This document shows positions 18,621-27,655 of a stretch of DNA of 64,000 bases, one piece after another. The translations under genes were made by a program, and so were the position numbers. Source of the DNA: Candidatus Sumerlaeota bacterium. GTDB lineage: Bacteria; Sumerlaeota; Sumerlaeia; MWCT01; JAUWMI01. Positions within the stretch are counted from its first letter, which is position 1; every line of letters starts with the position of its first letter. Where the stretch lies: the NCBI GenBank assembly GCA_030613245.1, contig JAUWMI010000003.1:65062-129061 (forward strand). Reading direction: 5' to 3'. Under the pieces are notes generated by a model, which did no database searches, was not told where the DNA came from, and worked only from the letters and a program-made list of their open reading frames with translations.

Positions 18621-18924
18621 GATTGTTGTGGCAAAGAAAAAATAATTTGAGTAATCGTTATAGTCATAGTGGCACTGTCCCTGATAGCGTGTTTGTGGTT
18701 CAGGCTTCGCTCCCGGCCAAATCGCCTTAGGCTTCTTCAGATACACGCAAACCGTTATAATTTTTATGCCATGTTGCGCCGAGGGAAATGGCTATTGCTT
18801 TTCGCATAAATAAACAAAGCCGCTGAAGGCCTTATTCTTGTGCGAATGCTTGGTGTTAAACTGTGCCATTCAACGTGGCACGGGCATCACGCCACAGGCG
18901 CATTTTCAACTTGCCAGTGTAGAT

Positions 18925-19018
18925 TCATCCGCCTGGGCGGATGCCACACATCGAACAAAAAGAGATTCTTGGGATTCCATAGTTGGTAGTTGTAGGGGCG
19001 TTTAATTAAACGCCCCTA
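18925..19018. repeat. REP-like palindromes
   Basis: catccgcctgggcggatg and tgtaggggcgtttaattaaacgccccta (same family as 5487). Confidence 0.7.
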
Positions 19019-19068
19019 ACATGCTGTACCGTTATCTATACAAATCTCGATAAGATAGGACGCGGCTT

Positions 19069-19986
19069 ATGAATAGAGCCCAATTGAGCATCGTTACCGG
19101 GGCTTTTGGGTATACTGGTAAGTACATAACCCGGCGGCTTCTCGAAATGGGCGAAAGGGTGAAAACCATCACCGGCCACCCTAACAGGCCGAATCCTTTT
19201 GGTGGCGAGGTAAGTGCGGCGTCATTTAATTTCGACAAACCCGCAGAATTGGTCAAGAGTCTTGAAGGAGCCGCAACTCTGTACAACACCTACTGGATCC
19301 GCTTCACCTACAAGCGAGTCACCTTTGATCAAGCCATCCAGAACACTCTTACTCTGTTTAAAGCAGCCCGGGAGGCTGGGGTACAGAGGGTTGTCCATTT
19401 CAGCATTACCAATCCCAGTGAGGACTCGCCACTGCCTTATTTCAGGGGGAAGGCGATTCTGGAAAAGGCGCTTATTGATTCCGGCTTGTCTTACGCTATC
19501 ATCAGGCCAGCCGTGATATTCGGTCTCGAGGATATTCTGATCAATAACATCGCCTGGTTTCTACGGAAGTTTCCGATATTAACTGTACCCGGCTCTGGGA
19601 AATATCAACTTCAACCGGTCTACGTTGAGGATGTGGCGGACATAGCTGTTAGCGCAGGTCATCGGAATAAAAACAGCATCATTGATGCAGTCGGCCCGGA
19701 AACATACTCCTACAATGATTTGGTCAAACTCATTGCGGAGACAATAGGCAGCACGGCTCGCATCATTCACGTGCCACCACGCCTGGCGCTTGCTCTTGCC
19801 AAGGTTCTGGGTTTCATCGTGCGCGATATGGTATTGACGCGGGAAGAAGTCGACGGCCTGATGCAAGGCCTTCTGGTATCCAGGGATCCACCAACCGGGA
19901 AAACGTATTTAAGCCAATGGCTAAAGCAGAACGCAGATATAATTGGACGTCAGTATGCTTCCGAAGTGGATCGGCATTACCGATGA
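19069..19986 (+). CDS. NAD(P)-dependent epimerase/atypical SDR (NDUFA9-like)
   Basis: VTGAFGYTG Rossmann motif, YFRGK, IIRPAVIFG, QPVYVED, AVGPETY. Confidence 0.88.
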   Translation: MNRAQLSIVTGAFGYTGKYITRRLLEMGERVKTITGHPNRPNPFGGEVSAASFNFDKPAELVKSLEGAATLYNTYWIRFTYKRVTFDQAIQNTLTLFKAAREAGVQRVVHFSITNPSEDSPLPYFRGKAILEKALIDSGLSYAIIRPAVIFGLEDILINNIAWFLRKFPILTVPGSGKYQLQPVYVEDVADIAVSAGHRNKNSIIDAVGPETYSYNDLVKLIAETIGSTARIIHVPPRLALALAKVLGFIVRDMVLTREEVDGLMQGLLVSRDPPTGKTYLSQWLKQNADIIGRQYASEVDRHYR

Positions 19987-20180
19987 GAAGGCGCCCACAC
20001 AAGGTGGCATAACAGTGTGCTGCCAGGTCTGGGGATCTTCGGTGCCGTCCTAGCAACTAGGAGGGTTTGTTGGGTGGATTTGTTTTTTTTAACTGAAGGG
20101 CCATCATGGATGCATAGACTGATCGCTGTACTGCGGAGTTCGCCAGCCCGTACTCTTCAGATAACATAAGGAGATATAAC

Positions 20181-21410
20181 ATGAAAACCGTCAATCTTAT
20201 GATTTCCCTTCTTCTCTTATCTATCATGGCATCGGCTACTTTTTCAGCTGCTAAAGCTGAATTTGTGATTACTCAGCAAGATGAGGATGATATGATTAAG
20301 TTTGCAGAAGAACTTCGCGAATGGGCGCATTCGAAGTATGAACCTGATCTTTCTTCTTCGGTTGCTCATTTTATTCCTTTTGATGAGTTACAGAAATGCG
20401 ATGCATATAACAAGCTTATTGAATATGACTGGAAACTTGTTCCCTACCAGATTAGAAAAATTCAAATCGAAAATGAATTAAGGGTTATTATAGGTTCGGC
20501 ATTAGCTAATAGGGCCATTGAAAGTCTCGAAGATCTGTATAATTATCAAGGAGAAAAATTGCCAGGATTGTCCGAGGAGATTGCTATGCGGTTTCCTGGA
20601 AGATTGCTTTACCAAACCACAGTTGGCAAAGAGGTTTGTCAGAAGCTAGGGAGAAAGCCGGATCGTGCCGGGTTCTCGTGGATTGAGTGGTGGGGGGAGA
20701 ACAAAGACAGATTTAAATTCAAGACTAAGAAGCGCTTTAAGATCGGCACCCAATATAAATATTTCAATCACCCTCATGTTTCGACAGTACAACATGGGGG
20801 CCTTTTACATTTAGAGGCCGTTAATGCAACTTATCGGCAGATCATAGAGCGTGCAGCAGCTGAATTAGGAGTGAATGTGTTTATAGGGGAGCAGATAGAC
20901 ATAGACGTTATTTGTACGGTAAGAATGAGATCGGTAACCTTTGAAGAATTTGCATATCTCATTGGGCGAACGGTCCATGTAGGAGGGTTCAAATATTACA
21001 AGGATGGCAATAAGTATCATTTTGGAAGTGAGGTTGAGGCTAAGCCACGGGAAATCCTTGATGGTTGGGGTATAATGATGAATAGAACGGTGTTCTACGA
21101 AGGAGATACGATACCTGTGACGGTTATAACAAGAGGCACTGGAGAGTTAGTTGATCCATTAGATCGTGTATTTTATGACTATGGGAGTTTCAAAATTACG
21201 ACTAATAACGGCACAATAATTAGAGATTATAACATTCAAAGGAAAACAAAACCAACGCTGGAACTGATAAATAGAGAAAAAGATTGCACCAAAATTGATC
21301 TCAATTTGAGCAACTATTGTCAACTTCCGCCGGGCGAATACAATGTTAGGTTAAAGTATCTTTCGCATGAAACCCCATCTATTGCAATTGAGATTTATAG
21401 AAGAAAGTAA
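20181..21410 (+). CDS. low-GC secreted hypothetical protein
   Basis: Strong RBS taaggag, signal peptide, 409-aa ORF visibly more AT-rich than its neighbours. Confidence 0.8.
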   Translation: MKTVNLMISLLLLSIMASATFSAAKAEFVITQQDEDDMIKFAEELREWAHSKYEPDLSSSVAHFIPFDELQKCDAYNKLIEYDWKLVPYQIRKIQIENELRVIIGSALANRAIESLEDLYNYQGEKLPGLSEEIAMRFPGRLLYQTTVGKEVCQKLGRKPDRAGFSWIEWWGENKDRFKFKTKKRFKIGTQYKYFNHPHVSTVQHGGLLHLEAVNATYRQIIERAAAELGVNVFIGEQIDIDVICTVRMRSVTFEEFAYLIGRTVHVGGFKYYKDGNKYHFGSEVEAKPREILDGWGIMMNRTVFYEGDTIPVTVITRGTGELVDPLDRVFYDYGSFKITTNNGTIIRDYNIQRKTKPTLELINREKDCTKIDLNLSNYCQLPPGEYNVRLKYLSHETPSIAIEIYRRK

Positions 21411-21611
21411 GGAGATTGACGCGCATCATCTAAGACGAGTTTTGTGGCTCAGTTCGTTTACCTAGATCGCGACTTTATCGATACTAAGAAAAGCCCCAAG
21501 CCCATGAGAAGCCAAGAAGCAAGTAGGGTCCTTGGTCAATCCTATGGCCAAAATGGAAGCTCAGGTAATGACCTGTTTGTCTAATTGGGTTAGCATCGAA
21601 AACTTGTAATA

Positions 21612-21926
21612 CAGGCGGCCCGGAAACATACTCCTATAATGATTTGGTCAGGCTCATTGCGGAGACAATAGGCAGCACGGCTCGCATCATTCACGTGCCG
21701 CCACGCCTGGCGCTCGCTCTTACCAGGATTCTTGATTTTATCGTGCGGGATGTCGTCTTGACGCGGGAAGAAATCGACGGCCTGATGCAAGGCCTTCTCG
21801 TATCCAGGGATCCACCAACCGGGAAAACGTATTTAAGCCAATGGCTAAAGCAGAACGCGGATATAATTGGACGTCAGTATGCTTCCGAAGTGGCTCAGCA
21901 TTACCGATGAGAAGGCGCCCACACAA
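21612..21926 (+). pseudogene. duplicated 3-prime end of the SDR gene (direct repeat of 19688-20002)
   Basis: 315-bp near-identical copy including the stop codon and the downstream gaaggcgcccacacaa; no start of its own. Confidence 0.9.
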
Positions 21927-21947
21927 TCCGCCATAAAGGCGGGTCTC

Positions 21948-23558
21948 TCAGTTTGTCCTTCTTGAAATCCGCCGAATTGCCGCGTCAAGCACGGTATCCG
22001 TTTCACCGATAAAGTCAGTGGGCACTGGTTCCAGAAGAACATCCGGCTGAATGCCATTCCCATCGTAGAGTCTTCCGTTCGGGCGGAATGACGCCATCGA
22101 CGACAGATAAATGCTGATGAGGGAATTGCGCAGTCGGTATTTGACCCTGCAGCCGCTCCCACCCCCACTGGGCAGACCCATCAAGGTGACGTTCTTCCAG
22201 CCCTTGAAAGCCCCGAGGAAGATATCGCAGGCGCTGAAATTCCATCGGTCCATTAAAATCACCACTGGCTTGTCGTAGTGAAAGTATCCCTGGTCGCGAA
22301 AAGGACTGATGACAAAATAGTGCCATTCCCTGAACTCTCCTTCCGGAAGCACCCACTCCGGCTCAAAGGTCGAGGCAAACTGCTTGATGACCGCTCGCTC
22401 GGCCTCGGACCAGCGCGGTGAAGAGGCTGGATAGAGGTAGCGATCTTCGAAGGCCTCTTTCCTGTCTTTTACACCAAGGCGGTATGCAGCGACATTGACG
22501 ACACGAGGTAAGTCGTTTTCGGCCAGGAAAAACGGAAAGAGCACTCGCAGCGGTGCGCGGCTACCGCCGGAGTTTGTTCTGATGTCAATGATAAGGCCAT
22601 CCGTCTTCGCAAAACGGTTCATCGTTTCGACAAGATCATCGAGGAATTCGGGTTCTGCCAGCATAAATACGAACCGCAGATAACCTATATTCCCCGGCAA
22701 GATGCGACTTTCAACCCGAATGTCTTTCCACTGCTTAATGGGATTTTTATTTCGCGGCCAGAAACCGTAAACAGGTCCCTTCTTCACCAACGGCAATTCA
22801 ATTTGCTTGCTTGCTGCACCATCGGCTGATTCCAGCTCTACCTGTATGGCCCCTAGCTTGTTTATGCCGAGTTCCTTTCGCAGACACTCGACGTACCGGA
22901 GGTTTCTTATCGAATGGTACCGTACATACTGGGGCGAGCCCTGGGCCACCAACCTTCCGGCAGCCTCCAGCCACGCCTCCATCGGCACACCATCCATGCC
23001 TCTAAGAAATGGAAAATCCGAGTCAACGAAACCTGATCGGTCCGGCTTAAAAGCCACCAGTCGTCCGCCTGATTCTTCAACCAGAAACGGCAAAAACTCT
23101 GTACATAAAGTTTTTAGATGAACGAATGAACTTGAGATCTTACTATGTCCGTCTCCGAACAAGGCAATGAATTTCGTCAGTTGGTAGCCGAAGTCGCCCA
23201 AGCTGATGCCATCGCCCAGGGCACCCCTGATGCTGTCCAGAGATCCCCGATAATCCACCCCTTTAAGGTCCCGGTAGGAATATCTATTCTCAATAAGCCA
23301 TTCAAGTTCATCCAGATCTTTCTCTGCCTCTCTTCGCGAGAGAAGCGTTGTGTAGACGGGATGGCGGGAAGAAGAACCTATTCGGCCAGTCAGATACTTG
23401 TCTTTTTCACGGACGTAATTGTCGTGCTTTCGATGTACTCGCCCTGTGATGCTGTGGCAAGCCGTCAACAAGCACATCAACGCCAGTGCCATTATGAAGC
23501 ATCGCACGATGCTGGCAAACGTACCCGAGGGATGCCTCTTACCCGAAATAGAATCCAT
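21948..23558 (-). CDS. S41 family peptidase, probable lipoprotein
   Basis: FGDGH, NIGYLRF, GLIIDIRTNSGG, FSACDIF, GIQPD. Lipobox LLTAC and RBS aaggag. Confidence 0.85.
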   Translation of the reverse strand: MDSISGKRHPSGTFASIVRCFIMALALMCLLTACHSITGRVHRKHDNYVREKDKYLTGRIGSSSRHPVYTTLLSRREAEKDLDELEWLIENRYSYRDLKGVDYRGSLDSIRGALGDGISLGDFGYQLTKFIALFGDGHSKISSSFVHLKTLCTEFLPFLVEESGGRLVAFKPDRSGFVDSDFPFLRGMDGVPMEAWLEAAGRLVAQGSPQYVRYHSIRNLRYVECLRKELGINKLGAIQVELESADGAASKQIELPLVKKGPVYGFWPRNKNPIKQWKDIRVESRILPGNIGYLRFVFMLAEPEFLDDLVETMNRFAKTDGLIIDIRTNSGGSRAPLRVLFPFFLAENDLPRVVNVAAYRLGVKDRKEAFEDRYLYPASSPRWSEAERAVIKQFASTFEPEWVLPEGEFREWHYFVISPFRDQGYFHYDKPVVILMDRWNFSACDIFLGAFKGWKNVTLMGLPSGGGSGCRVKYRLRNSLISIYLSSMASFRPNGRLYDGNGIQPDVLLEPVPTDFIGETDTVLDAAIRRISRRTN

Positions 23559-23719
23559 TACGCGAGTCTCCTTTCGTAGATCCAGGTATAACGATGCGTA
23601 CAAATCGGGCCATGACCCATGACGTCACAAGATCAAAAGCATTAGGTCAGCAATAATAAATAACCGATCCCGGTCCCTAAAGGCATTTCCCGGTAAAGTA
23701 CCGGATTGTAATGGCGTGT

Positions 23720-24223
23720 CTATTTTTTCTTTGTAGGCTTCCAGCAGGGCTGATTTTTAGGTACGAATGGTGGATTCTGGCGGCGTTCCTTACCACTGCG
23801 GCGGTCACGCCCAAAGCGGCGATTCTTGCTGGTGATGAGGTCAACCTTTCTCCGCCGACTAACACCAGAGCGGCGTTCCAATCCCGAGCGCCGCTCACCA
23901 AGGGGGGATTCATCTGCCGCCGGCTCTTTTGATTCGGAGGCTTTGGCAGCGCCAGTACGCTCGAGGAATTCTTTTTGACCATGTAGCCGCAAAAATTGGG
24001 TGAGCACGTTGTGTTGCTTTTGTGCGTCGTGGGGTATGTGGAGAGCGAGCTTCCTCAACAGGGCGCGTAAGCCACCTTTTTTCAGGGCATGTTCGGAGAT
24101 CATTGCGACAACGGTATCGCCGTACTTCGAGTAACGCTTGTGGAGTTCGTCAACCAGCTGCTGCTTCTCTTGCAACCGTTTGGCTTCGCCTTTCAGCTTT
24201 TTCGACAGGTCATCTCTTACCAT
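23720..24223 (-). CDS. hypothetical protein with Arg-rich [ED]RRSG repeats
   Basis: 167-aa ORF with C-terminal ERRSGLERRSGVSRRR...RDRRSGKERR; aaagga upstream. Confidence 0.7.
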   Translation of the reverse strand: MVRDDLSKKLKGEAKRLQEKQQLVDELHKRYSKYGDTVVAMISEHALKKGGLRALLRKLALHIPHDAQKQHNVLTQFLRLHGQKEFLERTGAAKASESKEPAADESPLGERRSGLERRSGVSRRRKVDLITSKNRRFGRDRRSGKERRQNPPFVPKNQPCWKPTKKK

Positions 24224-24553
24224 GAGCTGAGTTCACGTTCCTTTCTCGCAAGGTTGCAGCAGTCACTGGAGAGGATATCTCTGCATATTGCCTGAGGAGA
24301 CAAGACAAGTGTCATTTTTGCATCAGGGCCTTGTGGCCGCGCTTGACGATTCGGACCTGCAAGATGAAGAAAATTTTTCCCGCTGGCGCGTGTTCAGAAC
24401 GACTAAAACTTAACGTCCGCTTGCCCGAAATTGTCAACATTTTTTCTCTACAGACAATTATACAACTCGCCCTGTGATATATTCCTCGGCCAGTTTTTGC
24501 CCTGGCTTGGTAAAAAGTTGCTTCCAGCCTTGTGCCTTATCTAACTAAAGACT

Positions 24554-24653
24554 ACCACAGAGATTCTTAAAAAAGCATAAATTGCAAAATGAAAATTGCA
24601 AATATCAAATTTTAAATTTGCATTTTGCAATTTGCAATTGCGTGCTCTGTGGT
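24554..24653. repeat. nested inverted repeat with AT-rich short-period units
   Basis: accacagag...ctctgtggt encloses aaattgcaaaatgaaaatt / aatttgcattttgcaattt. Confidence 0.75.
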
Positions 24654-24812
24654 TCCACTACAGGCGGTCACCAATTTCATTCAACACAATTAGGCCACTA
24701 TGCATTTTCCCTCTGACCGGAGAAATCATTTTGACAGCACTCTCTGTATTTAGTAGATGGAGAACACGCGTATCGTGAAAGATTGTACGTCTTATCTAAA
24801 GGAGACAGAGAA

Positions 24813-25826
24813 ATGAGCATCGAATACCCACCGTCAGTTTCGCTGGCGTATCTGCCGACACCGCTGCAGCACATGAAGCGTCTTTCAGATTCCCTGGGAG
24901 GCCAGACGCTCTATATCAAGCGCGACGACCTGACCGGAATGGAGCTCAGCGGCAACAAGATTCGTAAGCTCGAGTTCCTGCTGGCTGATGCACTGCGCAA
25001 GAAGGCGGATGTCGTGATCACCTACGGCGGGGTGCAGTCGAATCACTGCCGCGCCACAGCAGCTGCATGTGCTAAGCTGGGGCTCCGAGTGCATCTGATG
25101 ATCCGCGGCCAGGCGCAGCCGCCATACGATGGGAATCTATTGCTGGATGAATTGTTTGGCGCGGAGGTTACGTTCCACCCGGCAGAGGAGTTTCGTGCAC
25201 AAAAAGAACGCATAGTTGATGAGTGCATCCGCTCATATCAGAAGCAGAGGCGCAAGCCGTACTACTTCCCCGTGGGTGCATCAGTGCCGCTTGGCTGCTG
25301 GGGCTATGCGCGGGCGTTTGAAGAAACGCTGGAACAGCTCAAGGCGCTGGGGATCACAGCGTGCAATATGGTTACTGCCGTTGGCTCAGGAGGCACGCTT
25401 GCGGGACTATTGCTGGGGCGTGAGCTGCTGGGAGCGAGTGACGTCACGGTCTGGGGAATCAATGTCTGTGACGATGCGGCGTATTTTCAGCAGGAAGTGC
25501 GGCAGCTGCTCGAGGAAACAAACGATCAATTTCAGCTCGGTCTCTCCGTTGCCAGGATTCCGATTCACGTCATTGATGGCTACGTAGGCGAAGGCTACGC
25601 AATTCCGTACGAAGACGAAATCGAGACGATGAAGCAGGTGGGACGCCTGGAGGGAATTGCGCTGGATCCTGTCTATACAGGCAAAGCGTTTTGCGGAATG
25701 CTGGATCAGCTACGCAAGGGAAAGTTTCGGAAGCCTGGTCTATCCGATCAGGAAGCAATCGTTTTCTTCCATACTGGCGGCACCTTCGGGCTGTTTCCAC
25801 AAAAGGAACATTTCAGATTTGACTGA
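24813..25826 (+). CDS. D-cysteine desulfhydrase / ACC deaminase family PLP enzyme
   Basis: PTPL, IKRDDLTG..SGNKIRKLEF, GGVQSNHCRATA, GSGGT, LDPVYTGK, HTGG. Confidence 0.9.
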   Translation: MSIEYPPSVSLAYLPTPLQHMKRLSDSLGGQTLYIKRDDLTGMELSGNKIRKLEFLLADALRKKADVVITYGGVQSNHCRATAAACAKLGLRVHLMIRGQAQPPYDGNLLLDELFGAEVTFHPAEEFRAQKERIVDECIRSYQKQRRKPYYFPVGASVPLGCWGYARAFEETLEQLKALGITACNMVTAVGSGGTLAGLLLGRELLGASDVTVWGINVCDDAAYFQQEVRQLLEETNDQFQLGLSVARIPIHVIDGYVGEGYAIPYEDEIETMKQVGRLEGIALDPVYTGKAFCGMLDQLRKGKFRKPGLSDQEAIVFFHTGGTFGLFPQKEHFRFD

Positions 25827-25926
25827 CGTCGGCATGGCCCGCATGTTTTGCCTGCGGTTACATTCCCCCGGGCTATAATTCTCCCTCGTATATACCGGCC
25901 TTTGAATTAACCTGAGGTACCTGGCC

Positions 25927-27582
25927 CTATTCAGTCTCTCTGACCTTGAAGAGAAAATAGCGGTTTTGCCATTGGCGGAGAAGGGTGACGTGCTTTTCAA
26001 CCTCTTCGCGCGGCAGTTTCTCAAATCCCAGGCCCTGATTGATAATGTTATCGCCGACAGTGGTCAGAATGTAATCCACTTCATGCTGCCTCGCATAGCG
26101 CAAGATAGCATCAAATCTATCATATGGAAAGATGACCCCAGAGAAGCTCGTATTGATGAAGAATTCTGGAGTGGCGCTCATCATCCGGGATCCGGGGGGA
26201 ATAAGAGAGGCGATCTCGCGTTGCATAAGCTCGAGCTGCACGTAGGTTTCTTTATATGGAATGAACAGGCGATCGTAACGGTGAAGATGAGATATGGTGA
26301 GCGCAATTTGCAGCAATAGCGCAGCCCCGAACAAGCCTAAAACTACCTGCCTGGCCAGCCGTGCGAGACGCTGAGCCAGAATCCAGCGGTGGAGCTCAGA
26401 GAATCCCCGATCTGCCAGTACTCCCACGTACAAGAGCAGGAGCGGCACGTAGGGCACCCAGAACCGTCCATAGGGGATACCAGCTGGATGTAGCCTGATC
26501 ACAGCAAGGGTAATGAGCAAAGGAAGCACCTGAAGCGCGAGGTAGGCGCTCGGCAGCAAATTCCCGGGCGAGCGGAGCGATATAGCCAGCCCAATCGTAG
26601 CCAGCCCGAGCAAGACCCAGCCGGTAGCAGGAATTCGGCGTAGCTCTTCTCCCAGATTCTTGCTGAAGCGGTGGGCCGTCTTTGCCGGATGAGAGAAGAG
26701 GAATCCGGGAAGCGTTCGCTGCGGCATTGAGTAAAGTATGAGCCTGTCGTCCGAAGCAACAGCGTACGTCTTTTGCATGGACGTGCGGACACCGTCAATG
26801 TAGCTCGGTGCCTTGTACATCGCTTCAGCACGGAGGATCGCGTATGTGGTTTTGCCACTGAGAATCCAGTGGCCGCAGGTCTGCCTCAGGGAGATCAAAT
26901 AGGGAAGAGCCAGGAGTAGGAAGACCAGCAGCGCGGCAGTGCTCAATGCAAGCCGCTGGCGAAGCGGCGTTGTGCGGCTGATGAAGACCGAGAGGAATAG
27001 CAGTGAGCAGAGAAAATTGATGCTGGTTTCACCCCGCGTGAGAAACGCCAGGGCCATGAACGCACCGAAGAGCAGCCCTCTGCTCACTGACGGTGTGGCA
27101 AAAGCTCGCCAGCCAGCGTACAACCCCAGAAGCAGAAATAAAGCATGCGCGGATTCGCTGAGACCCGTTAGTGAATGCCCGAGCAGCAGTGGATTCACCA
27201 CAACCAGCACGCCAGCCACGAGTGCGGCCCGGCGACTGGCAAATAGCACCTGCGCGAGCCGATAGGTTGGGATCACCAGGAGGCTACCGGTGATTATCGA
27301 GACCATCTGGCCCGAAACGGCAATATCACGTAGCAGAAGGTTTGCAGTGGCCAAGAAGAAAGGGAATACAGGCGGGAAATAGAAGAGCAACTCTGGCAGT
27401 CCATGATCGGTGAAGAGACTCTGGGCAATCAGCGCATAGGTGATTGCGTCGCCTGTGGGCACATAGTGAGGCCAGAGAAGTAGCAGAAGGAGTCGCAGGA
27501 CGAAGGCACCGCAGGCAAGCAAAACAATCCGGACCCTATCCGGTTCAATGCGGTCTGCCAAATCCCTTGGAGTTATTTGCAC
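25927..27582 (-). CDS. GT-C-fold (family 39-like/ArnT-like) membrane glycosyltransferase
   Basis: LRL..GDAITY..IA, PP.FP, LSES, LAFLTRGE and multiple TM helices. Confidence 0.75.
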   Translation of the reverse strand: MQITPRDLADRIEPDRVRIVLLACGAFVLRLLLLLLWPHYVPTGDAITYALIAQSLFTDHGLPELLFYFPPVFPFFLATANLLLRDIAVSGQMVSIITGSLLVIPTYRLAQVLFASRRAALVAGVLVVVNPLLLGHSLTGLSESAHALFLLLGLYAGWRAFATPSVSRGLLFGAFMALAFLTRGETSINFLCSLLFLSVFISRTTPLRQRLALSTAALLVFLLLALPYLISLRQTCGHWILSGKTTYAILRAEAMYKAPSYIDGVRTSMQKTYAVASDDRLILYSMPQRTLPGFLFSHPAKTAHRFSKNLGEELRRIPATGWVLLGLATIGLAISLRSPGNLLPSAYLALQVLPLLITLAVIRLHPAGIPYGRFWVPYVPLLLLYVGVLADRGFSELHRWILAQRLARLARQVVLGLFGAALLLQIALTISHLHRYDRLFIPYKETYVQLELMQREIASLIPPGSRMMSATPEFFINTSFSGVIFPYDRFDAILRYARQHEVDYILTTVGDNIINQGLGFEKLPREEVEKHVTLLRQWQNRYFLFKVRETE

Positions 27583-27655
27583 AACCGCATCTCCCTCTGT
27601 TCGCCTGCTGGCGGCAGCAAGATCGTACTTGTCCGAGCAGACTGAAAAAGTGCTG

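Noticed and set aside
18700..18762. attC-like right half (ccaaatcgcc...acgcaaaccgttat)
   Set aside because: No matching RYYYAAC left core or complete hairpin found, and no integron integrase. At most a decayed remnant.
20006..20075. attC candidate gcataac...gttgggt after the SDR gene
   Set aside because: The cores are not complementary and I cannot pair the intervening sequence convincingly.
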